Origin: Thalia democratica
Taxonomy: Eukaryota
Length of the DNA: 64,000 nt
Direction: 5' to 3'
Assembly: GCA_965202585.1 (NCBI GenBank)
Contig: OZ241826.1
Span: 103,788,001 to 103,852,000, forward strand
Below, piece by piece: positions 14,701-26,000 of the stretch. A program made the translations under genes and the position numbers. The notes beneath the pieces are model-generated. The model was given only the letters and a program-made list of their open reading frames with translations. It searched no databases and was not told the origin of the DNA. Each line of letters begins with the position of its first letter. The stretch's first letter is position 1.

Positions 14701-17700
14701 TCATGTGAAGAAGATTTTATGTAAGATTTAGCTTAGAAAACACATTTATTGCAATAAATGTGCCGCCAAGAGCAACCTAATCTACTCAATGTCTCAGAAA
14801 CTATATTTCTATCTTAATCTTGACTTGTTTAGAATCAAAATTGTATCAAAATAATATAGATCATAAATTTTATTGTTTTTCTTACAACTTACAGTTTGTA
14901 ATGAATACTGTAAAGACAGTGACCGATAACTGTCATTTTCTTAGTACAAAAGATAAATACTCACTTTTAAAAGTGTGTCCACTTGTCAAATTTTTAAACA
15001 TATGATAAATTTCCATATTAAAAGTTCGTCTATATATCGCCTTTTTTAGTTTAATAACAAATTTCCATTTTCAAAGATTTTCCATGTGTTGCCCTTATTA
15101 CATTATAAGATAAATTTCGAAATTGAAAATACAATCAAGTGTCAAGAGAGCGGCCAATTCTTTCATAAAAACAAGGTTACGGAAAAACCTGGAACTTGAC
15201 AATTTAGGTTAAAAAACCTGGAGCTTGTTTTAAAGGAAAAAACATTTTCTTACCTTAAACTTAATTTTAATTTAAAAGTTAATCCGAAAATGCTCATTTT
15301 TAAAAAACTGGAGAAAATTTATCTATAACATTGGCAACCCTTGAAAAAATTGCTCGTAATAGCTGAAGTACCTGAATTAACAGTAAAGTCAGCTTTAGAT
15401 ATCAAATCTTTCAAAAACTATACAGTTTAAAGTATGTTATCTATTTGCATTTACTAAACTCTAAGTGAAGTAACCTCGAACCATTATTTAGACCAGAAAC
15501 CTTTATAAACCATTAAACGCAAGGTTCCGACTAAAACTAAAAAATTATATTGGCTGTACGGAAATCTATAAAGTGTAGCAAAATTATAAGAATATTATAT
15601 AGTTATTTGCCTAATTAAAATAGAATAGTCAATTTAATGGGATGTAATAAGCTTGTTTAATAATTTAATATTTTGTTTTTCCTTGAAAAGGTCGCAATTT
15701 TTTGCCACCGAAACCGGTCGCTAATAAGATATATAATTTGCATAAATCTGTTTAAGGAGATTATGAAACAAACAATGAATTTTAAACATTATAAATATAT
15801 CTTTAAGGTACATGAAATATAATATATCATTTACCTTATATAAGCACAGTCCTAATAGAAAATTGTTGAAAGTTCGAGGGATTTTGAGCTTTAATTTTAG
15901 TTAAACAAGCATACTTTAGATAAATTGTTTTTAATATAATAATAGTAAGTTTTTATCCCTTATGTGGTGCAATAAAGTAATAGTTTTGTACTGAGATAGC
16001 ACAGATTTCGATTTAAGAAAAAATAATTATGTTATTAAGTGTTTTTTTACATTGCAGTGCTGCTGTTTTAGATTTCAAATTTCAAGCACCAAGCAAAAAA
16101 ATGTGATTTCTAGGGATTTTCACATATTTTTCAGTTTTTCTAGGAATTTATAGTGCAAATTTATACGGAATTATAGGGATTTACAGGGAAGTAGGACCCC
16201 TGTAAACGGGATAACACCTTTACCCGGAAAATTCATTTATTTTCAATGTTTGCCAAGATAGTTTTCAGTTTGTGCGGTATAATTTATAAAAATAGTGGTA
16301 ATCACTTGTTGTGTCTACTTTTTTAATTTAGCTTAACCTTGACGTGACATACTTTGTTTAATTTAGAGTTGTTGTTGTCTATTAAAATCGAAAACTAAAT
16401 TTATTAGCTTTTGTGTTCTTTAATATTGATTGCTTTTTTAGTATCCTTACTTCAAGAAGACTTTTTTTGTAGACATATGTATCTGTGCGTATAAATTCAA
16501 TAGTAACTAGACAAATAACCACTAAAGAATAGTTTATGATACCCAATAATCGATAAAGTAGTATTGCATAGTTATTCTCTTAATTAGTAGTTTGGTGTTA
16601 AATATTAAAAAATTAAACCGAAAACCCACGCTAGTTAGACCAAATCCCTTTAATTAAAGTTTATTTAAGGACAACAAAAAAAAAAAACGCGCTCAAAACA
16701 TTTGATTCTTGGATTTGGTGACAAAGAACTTTTTAGTTATCGAGTCCTTTACCACGGATACCTTTTTTACGTCTTGTCCAGGACAATTTATGCCAATTTT
16801 TTTAATTTCATATCTCATAAATTTCATTATTTATGTTAAATATATTAATCCCATTCTATCTTTAACACGTAGCGGAGATGACAAATATATTCTATTTAAC
16901 TTAAAGTCAACTATATAAAATTTGACTGTATCTAACATTTATTTTTTTTTATTAATAACGAAATAAACAATTACCAATTATTCACAAACCAAATAAACTA
17001 TGTCAAACCTCAGTTTTTTGCTACCAGTGTTCACTTAACTTAGCTTTTTCTTAATACTTGGTAACCGATTTGGAAAGATTGAAGAAAACTAAGAGACTTG
17101 ATGCAATCAGTTATTTTATTCAACGAGTAGACTTCTTTAATTTAAATCCAATCATCAAATCTATTTATTTTTAAGCTTATGCAAGTCAGTAACCAAATTT
17201 GCTTTTACTGTATCGCCATACAGTTTGCTTATGAAAATCGCTACACGGTTCCCAAGCATAATATTTTAAATTAAATTAAACCAAAGTTAATTCACGATTC
17301 AAAACTCTTCGTTCTGAATAATAGGAGATTTAACAAAATATTTATAAGCGAAAATGTTTTGAAAAGTTTACCAAAACAAAAATAGATAAACTTATTTCTG
17401 TCAATAATATTTTTAATGAAGATCAACATAATAAACTATTTAACAAAAAAGGGTTCGGTATTGTAAAATTAAAGTTTTTTTTATGTATGTTTTTGAAATT
17501 CATGCTTATTTCGTAATAAAACTACTTACTTAAACTATGTTATAAATAAATAGAGTTAGAATTTACAATAAGTGCGTTTTTTTGTAATAGTAAAACCTAA
17601 AAGCAAAGCTAGACTGCTATCAAAAAATCTATCTTCTTGATGACTTTAAAACTTTTCTAAACTTCCTTGGTCGTTTATAAACTTTACCCAATTTATTTTC

Positions 17701-20700
17701 CACTTCAACAGTCAAAAACTATTTTTTTTTGATAAATCAGACAAAACCCAATAATTTTAAAAGTAAAGATAATACTTAATTAAAAGTAAAAAACTAATAG
17801 TTTAATTTTATGGATGCTTATGTGAAATGATTTAGTTTTTGATAGTGTTTTCTACTCATACGTTAATAAAATTACAGAAGAGTCGTAATTACAAATTTTA
17901 TAGCAATTTCGGATTATATACACTTTTTTTATGTTTCAGAGATTTTATTTTCATTAATGTTAGTAAATACTAGTGATATAAAAAAACAAGTAACTTTTAC
18001 TTAAGAAAAACAATATACCACTGTTTCATATTTAATTAACTTCTATGGTCTTTTGGTTTTTTTTATAAATTTGTCAATAAAAAAAGAAAATGATGAAAAA
18101 AAGCACTGATATTGTAAAATATACTAATGGTTGAAACATTTATACATTTTTCTATAGGTAAACAAATAAAATAATTTGACGTATGTAGTAGATTACGGTA
18201 AAATTTAAAGAAAATTTTATAAATATCTATTTTAGAAACTACCTAGTTTTAAGTTCTTTTAAAAGTATTTAAATAAGAAAATCATCTAAATATATATTTT
18301 TAAATTTAAATTACTTATAGTTATTTATCAAACTTAGTGTACTAGTACTAAAAAATATTTACGACATAACTCAGACTTTACAAAACAATTTAATCTAGTT
18401 GTTACTTATTTTCTATTTTTATTTGCTTAACAACATATTCTTAAATATTATTTTATTTTGGGTTTGTCCCCTTTAAACTATAATAAATAAAAAATTATAA
18501 CAGTGTCTTCAAAACTAGTAATTGTTTTAAATCTTTTAATTTGATTTTACAACATTATAACAAATAAGAAACTAAAACAAGTTATAAGTTTTCGTTGTAA
18601 ATATAACTTTAGTTAAAAAAACTGTGACTAATTAAAGTTTTTTATCATGAATATATGAGGCCTTTTTAACTTTTTATTCTTATTATAAACAATGATAAAA
18701 CTAAATTAATTTAAAATACAGATTTGTTGTTTGGTTTCTAATGTAATTATAACCAGCTTTAATCTATTTACAAACAATTATCTGCTAAGCTTAAAAAACA
18801 GGCCCTGCTAAAGAGTAATTTTGACTGAGGAAAAAACGGTCAATTAAGCTTTTGTGTTAATAAGAGCTACCAGTTAAAATTTGAAACAAATTTAGTTTTC
18901 TTTGGCAGCCGAGAGGTGAAGACTGGAAAGGATAAACAAAGTGTGAGTATTATTTAAAAATTTTTAGTATATTTTTGTACCCAACACAATATAACGTGAT
19001 GAAATTAACCTGTGTTTAGTTTCTAATTCAATTAAATAAATAAAAATGTTAATACTTAATTGTTTTTAATTTTAATTATTGTATAATTTATTTTTACTTA
19101 GGAAAACAAATATATTTTTTCATAACTTCATATTTTACCTATAACAATTTAATAAATTTTGTTAATTTAAAACTAAGTATCAGCAACAGTACTAATGTTT
19201 TGTTTTATAGTTATTTAAAGTTAATCTTTTTAGTTATATTATTTTAGTTAATAGTAAAGGTAACATTTTTTCACTTACTTTTAACCAAAAATCAGTGTTA
19301 TTAAGGTTTATGAAAAGATATAATATGTCTTCTACTATAGTGCATGTTTTATCAGGCTGTATATGAAAATAATTCAAAACCAGTATAAAATTAGTAGTCT
19401 TTTTTTTAACTGGTTTTATGAATGCTGACATAATATCTATTACACAAACTATTTTTGTTGTTGATAAAACTATATCAGTTTTACAATTTTTGCAGTTTGT
19501 TTTTTTATATAGTTCATCAACCAAAAATTTAGTTATGATTATTAATACATGATTAAAGCCAGGTTGTTCAATATAATTATAGTTAATATAAAATTTGTTG
19601 TGGTTTTTTAGTTTTATTTAGTGTTTGATGAAGTAATTATGTATTTATTTGTTTAGTAATACTTTAACTATATCATTACATTGTTTTCAATAAATATTGA
19701 AAATAGTTATTGGTTATAAAAAGATTAAGTTAGGCTAACATGACTTTTTTTTTGGTTTTTATTTTACACTAGAAAAAAAACTTGGCATCTAAATACCAAA
19801 ATATAAGGGTTAACTGAAATATAATTCCAAATATTTTTACTGTTCTACACACAGGCTGTTTTATCATTTACTGTTAAAATAATAATATGGTAAATTTTTA
19901 TTTATGTTTTGATTTAAAAAGCTGTTGTAAACTTTGAACAGCTTTGTTATGATTTTTATAGTGTTCTTTATTAATTTTTAAAACCAAACCAAAGTGCTCA
20001 CTTCTTTTAATCATGGAATGAAAAGAATGTTTGTTATAAAACTTAGTTATATTGTTTTCTGAGCTAAATTATGGGTTAGTTGTCAAATCAATCTTGTGAT
20101 ATCAATTTCCATCTCATAACTTGATGGCCATTTTACTTGAATAACTATATTCTACCATTACACCTAGTTTACATAGAGGGTATATCAGTTTTTGAATTAA
20201 GTTTAAAGCTTAAATAAGTGTTTTAAAGAAGTCCATAAATTTTTCTGTTAGTGAAACAGTATTAAAATTTAATCATTTTTTAGGCTTCACATGTAAGAAA
20301 ATAAATAATCGTGCAAAGATAAACTCTAAATTATATTTTTTACATCGAACAGTTACAAATATAAACAGTAAATATTAAAAAAATCAATCTGGGTAACTGT
20401 AACTAATAATAACTAACTCATAAGTTTAACATGTAATAAAAATGAAGCTCTTTTTAAACTTCTAGCCAGTTTTTAGTGGTTTAATTGTTGTTTTTGTTGA
20501 AAATAAATTTTATTTATTTATTTTAATTTCACAAGTGTTCATGCTTGATTTTAAGTGTTTTCATCGGTTGTTGGCATTTACTTTTTCTTTTCCATTTTAC
20601 TCATGAACTGATTTACTCTAGTTTGGTGTGACTTTAGTAAAGTTTTGCTTTAAGGGATAAAAACTTAGATGTTTTTGTTATTTAATGAAACTGATTCTAG

Positions 20701-20833
20701 ATAGCCAATTAAAATAACCAATTTCCATGATATAACTTAACTAAGGAGTATTTGTATGTATAAAATATTGTTGTTTTTGTTGGAAAAGTTAAACTTAATA
20801 TGTTACAAAAGTATTTCCGTTTCTTAATTTAAC

Positions 20834-21590
20834 CAGGGTTGCCAAACAAACTGAAATCTACAATTAACAGGGTTGCCACTTTACCTGGAAAAACCTTAAA
20901 AAACCTTAAATTCGAAAATTTAGGCAAAAATAAGGTGGAAAAATCTAGAATTTGAGAAATTTTGAAAAAAACCTAGAAAAACCTGGAATTTTGATCAAAA
21001 AACCTGGAAAAATCTAGAAGTTTTTATAATTTAATATTTTCTGTACTAAAATTTTAATTTGACACAAAAAATCTATTATATAAATAAGACTTTTTTGTCA
21101 TGATCAAAAATTTTTTTATTAAAAAACACATTTAAAGTAACTATACAGCATCTTCTAAATGTTTTTGTACTATTTAACACAGTTTCTTTTATAGAAATAA
21201 ACTTAAGACTAAAATAGACCCAAAAAAGTATACTTTTAAAAACCTGGAAGAAATTTGGAAAACATGGAAAAAACTTTGAAAAAATGAGTGGGAACCCTGA
21301 ATTAAGACTAAAAACTTGGAATTTGAAATATTAAAAATGAAGCCTGGAATAATCAGAAATTCTAACAACTTTTTAATTGAAAATAGCTAAGTTTGGATAA
21401 GATATTAAAAACCTATCATATAAAAAATTTCCTTTAATGTCGTTTAGAATTTTATTTATTATAAAATTCATTTAAAGTAACATTGCAGTACTATTTTAAC
21501 TGTTTAATGCTTAAAATTTAGTATTAAACTTAAAATTTTTAAAACTAGTTGTTGTCTTAAATCCTGGAAGAATTTCAGAAAAACTGGAAA
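20834..21590. mobile_element. Nested pair of CAGGGTTGCCA MITEs (inner copy 20868-21299)
   Basis: Two CAGGGTTGCCA starts 34 bp apart. The inner copy ends GTGGGAACCCTG at 21299 and is flanked by AATTAA on both sides; family-like AAAACCTGGAA sequence resumes after it. Outer right end approximate. Confidence 0.65.
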
Positions 21591-23051
21591 ACATTGTAAA
21601 ATAGCACTACGACAAGATTTATTTATTGAATATAATGCTTAAATCAGTCAAGCATATTTAATAACCTTGTACTAATTAAAATAAATATTAAGTTGTTTAA
21701 TATTATAAAAAAGTTTCAGTTTCTTTCAAATTGCAACATTACAAGAAAGTGAAAGTGTTTATTATTTTTACTGCTTAAATAATTCTTTTAAATTGTTTGA
21801 TGTCTGCAACTTACAGTTAGTGTCTTGGTTGCCCATTTTTCACAACTTGTCTTCATTTGCATTTAACATTCCTAGGTTTTAAATTTTACTTTTGTTTTTG
21901 ACTTTATTTCTCTTTTTTAGACCAGTGTACAACTGTTGACATCTTTAATTTCTGTGCATGGTATCTGTAAAATAAAATAAGTTTTTCTCAACCAAATAGA
22001 TCAACAACTTTTTGAAAAAATTATGTTATAAAATCTTAGGCTACTTGTGCTAGACAAAAGGCTATAAAATGCAAATTTATTGACTGAAATACTACTTTTT
22101 AAGTACTGTAATTATTTAGGGTTTATATAAATTATAGTTATAATTTTTAGTCACTTTGCTTTTAATTCTCTATAATTCTGATAGAGAGTATCTTATGTAA
22201 ATTTAAAATATTAGATTTGTAGCTAAAACAATTGGCTTAGGAAAAAGTTTGACTTATGATGACATGATTTGAGTTACTGTATAAAAAAATTAAATAACAA
22301 AATAAACAGAATATTTAGTTTATATTTTATTATATTTATGCTGCCTGTTATATATATAAAAGTTTCTTGGTTGCTAGTTACCCAGACTACTCAGAATACT
22401 AACAAATAGTTCTTAATTTTATAAATAACTCATGCAAAGTTGAAATTTATTAAAATGTAAGTCTTAATTGGGTCAGTTATGACATTTTCCTAAAAATGAA
22501 GCTAGTTTTTAAGATCTAATCTAATTAGTTATTAATCTTAAAATGATGTTTTCAAGTACTTTTTGCATTATTCTGGTACTTTTTAGAAAATTTTAGATTT
22601 TGACACATTCTTTATTTTTTCATTTTGTTAATTTTTACTTCAACTCATTCTGACCTGACTTAAACGATTTGTTTCTTTAAAGAGTGGTAACCCTGAAAAT
22701 AATTAAAATGTGAAATTATTAACCTTCTCAAACAAATGTTTATTTATTTATCTGCCAAAAATTTTCCTAATTTTTAACTTTCTAGGCTTACTTACCAAAC
22801 CAGAAAACAGAATTAGATACAAAATAATGTGGCAATTTATTTGGTATTTTAACTGTTTACTTTATAATTCTGGTAAAGTAAATTGTTACTCACAGAAGTT
22901 TAATGAATAGAAATAAGATTAAATAAAACAGAAACTTGTATTAACATGCACAAAAGCAAAAACAATACAGTATAAAAAGTCGTGGTCCAAATAAAAACAT
23001 CAAATTTTTTTTACAGTTGTTTTTATTTTTTCTTATAATTCTCACTGAACT

Positions 23052-26000
23052 ATGGCTTCTCCCATCACGAAACCCTGGCATGAATACACAGACGATGATG
23101 ATTTGCGTCCTTACCAAAATGAGGTTGCCGACGATCAAGCAGCTAGTTCTGTAGAAAGAAGTGCCAGTGGTGTGGCACACCAGCCTGTCGGTGTTGACGA
23201 CTGTGCTGGCCCTCAAGTTGATGCTCAGGCAAAAGCTCCACAGCCACCAAAAAGTGTGTGGAAAGTTATAAAGAAAACACCTGCTGTCGAAGCTAATGAG
23301 CAAGTTGAAGGTGGTGAAGATTCCCAGCAACAAGAACCTGATCAAGCTGATCAAGTTGACGGCAACTCTGCTGATGATGGAGACTGGAACTTAGTTATGA
23401 ATAATAAACATCAAAGAAAGAAGGAAAAGAATCCACCTAAGAACAACAAAAAGGAAAACCGTCGCCGCAGGATAAGAAATCCAAATGGTAATGGTTCTAA
23501 CCGTAATGGAGCCAACAGTAATGTTGCCAACGGTAGCCCCAAGAACCAAGGTGGTAAAACCAAGAACACAGGTGGTGGTAGTTCAAAAGACCAAGGTGCT
23601 TCCAATGTCGGAAAGAAAGAGGTGCAGGCAAGTGTTGAAGGTGAAGCAGCAGCTGAGGATATGAAACCGGTACCAGCTAGTCTACCTAAGACTAACCCTT
23701 GGGACATGAGTAGAATTGCACGTGCTCCACCATCTTCAGGTGCTGCTTCAACGAGCCGAGTTGTCGATGCTAGAAGTAACACTAACCAGAATGGACGCAG
23801 GCAGAGGAGAAGGAGGAGAAGGAACAACAAACACAAAAAGAAGGATGAAAACAAGGGTGATGAGAAGAAGGTGATTGTGGCAGAGGAGAAAGAAGTTGTC
23901 CAGAAGAAGTTTGTGGATGCTCCCCTACCAACAAAGAGCCCTTGGGCCAAACCTGCCGTACAAACAAGTGAGTTTAGACAATCTTTAAAATGTTTTTTTA
24001 TGAGTCAATTTTAAATAGTTTAGTAAAAATGTATCAATTTTTATATTTTTTTTAATTTACTTAGTTTTATTTTAATTTGTAGCTACTTCTTCTTCAGCCT
24101 CAATGCAACAATCTCCTTTAACATCAGCAAATGCAGGAAGTTTCAGGCCAACTCAAACCAGTTAGTTATAATTTCATATTTTTGGTTATTTATGATTGAT
24201 TAACAGTAGTTGTTTCAGTTTTTGGTAAGTTTTACTAGCATTTAAAAAAAATATTCCCATAAACTAATGTTGAAATGAAAGTATGATGTGACTCAAGCCA
24301 ATGTTTTTGATAAAAGAGTGGCAATCCTGACAAGCAGTCATTTTATTGGTTAATGTGATGTACATGTGTTTGCCGTAAATATGTTTTAATATTTCAAACT
24401 TTTTAGATGCTGCCGTCACCATTCAAACTAGTTCAAAAGATGCTGAACCCAATAAAGGGGTTAGTCATATTTATAAATATGTTTGATTTTAAAATGTAGG
24501 TTTCGATAAATAATTAAATAAAAAAATTTTTTTTAGTTTAAAAGAAATTTTATCTAACTAGTTTTTATAACTAATGAAAAAAAAATTATATACCTTTATT
24601 CATATTTTTCTATAATACAGTTTAAAACAAGTGTTTTACTAAATATGTTAGGTGGTCTCCTTTTTTTCATAGAACTACTTGCTAAATGTTTATTAGTATT
24701 TTAATATTGTTGTAAAAGTGACTTAATATTCAGTTTGAATTGTCTTCAAAATGTCTTTTTATACAATCACTTGAGTGCAAAATAATTTTTGAGACCTCAT
24801 AAAGTGTGACAAGCCTTTTTATTTCGTGGCTAGCTTCAAACTTTGAATTACCTCAAACAATGTGCAGGGGTTCCAAACAGTGGGTAGGAAGAAGAAAAAC
24901 AACAAGAGACCACCTGTTTCTTCAACAGCCAAAGTTGCAGCAAGGCCTGCCAGAAGAGAGGTGAGGAACCAGAAAGCAGCAGCAGTCACTTCAGCAAGAA
25001 GAGGTGGCTCAGGAGAGAAGGTGGCCAAAACTCAAGGAGGACGAGAACCAGCCCAAGGAGCAGGAAGCAGCACCGGGAAGCAGCAAAAAGCAGCAGCAAC
25101 AAAAGCAAGTGGAGCTCAGGGTTCAGCTTGGACAACAAAAGCAGCAACTCCAGTTGCATCAGCTACAAAGGTAGACATTTCATTTTTAAAAGTAGAATGT
25201 TTTACAAAACTTAGTATATTTAATTAAGTTTTGTTTTGATATCTATAAGGCTTGCTAAATTAATAAAAATTGTTATTAGAATTGCATTCCAGATTAATAC
25301 CTAATTTTAGTTGTCTTTGTGCTAATTGCAGTTGTAGTTGTAGTAAATAGCTATTTTACCAATAAACTATAATTAGTTGAATACCATTAGCTTGGATTAA
25401 AAAGTAGAACTGATTTAAAGTAAATTCTTTAATAAAATAAAAATTTATTGTACAACGTTTTGCTACAAGCGCATTTCAACTAGGCAAGAGTACTTAAAAT
25501 TTTTTATAACTAGCTTGTAGAATATTATTGTGCACAACATCTGTAGTTGTTTTAAACTAACTGTATTGTTGTAGGTAGCTGACAATTCCTCAACTTCAGC
25601 AGCTCCAACTTCACAAGAGGCTCAACCTAAGAAAGTTAGTATAAAGTTTATAAATAAGTGCTTATTTGCAATAAATTCAGAAAAAGTTTTTTACACTTGT
25701 TTTGTTTAGTGTTTTTAAGAGCTTTAAAATCTTAACAAATTTACAATTTATTTAGTTGGTTTTACATCATTTGTTAACAGCTTTTTGTTGAAATGTATTA
25801 ATGACAAACAAAAAGGCTTTGAATATTTGCAAAGACAAAGAATATCTAAAATTAAAGAAAATATACTGATATCTCAGGCTACTATAAAAAATGATTATAC
25901 AGTGTATACTTAAATTGAAAAGTGTTTGAGCTTTAAAATCAATTTCATGTTAGACTTTTAATTAATGCTTATTAAATGTGTTTATAAAATGATTAAAAGT

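Noticed and set aside
16400-16850. Possible decayed DNA-transposon coding fragment (minus strand GINCPGQDVKKVSVVK); similar hint at ~43700-43860 (+, QYPGNSKVTYF)
   Set aside because: Too short and degenerate to support a family call.
4187-22910. Short 60-100 aa ORFs in the first 23 kb (and those at 42.5-56.9 kb)
   Set aside because: F/L/I/K/N-rich translations of AT-rich or repeat DNA, with no motifs or splice support.
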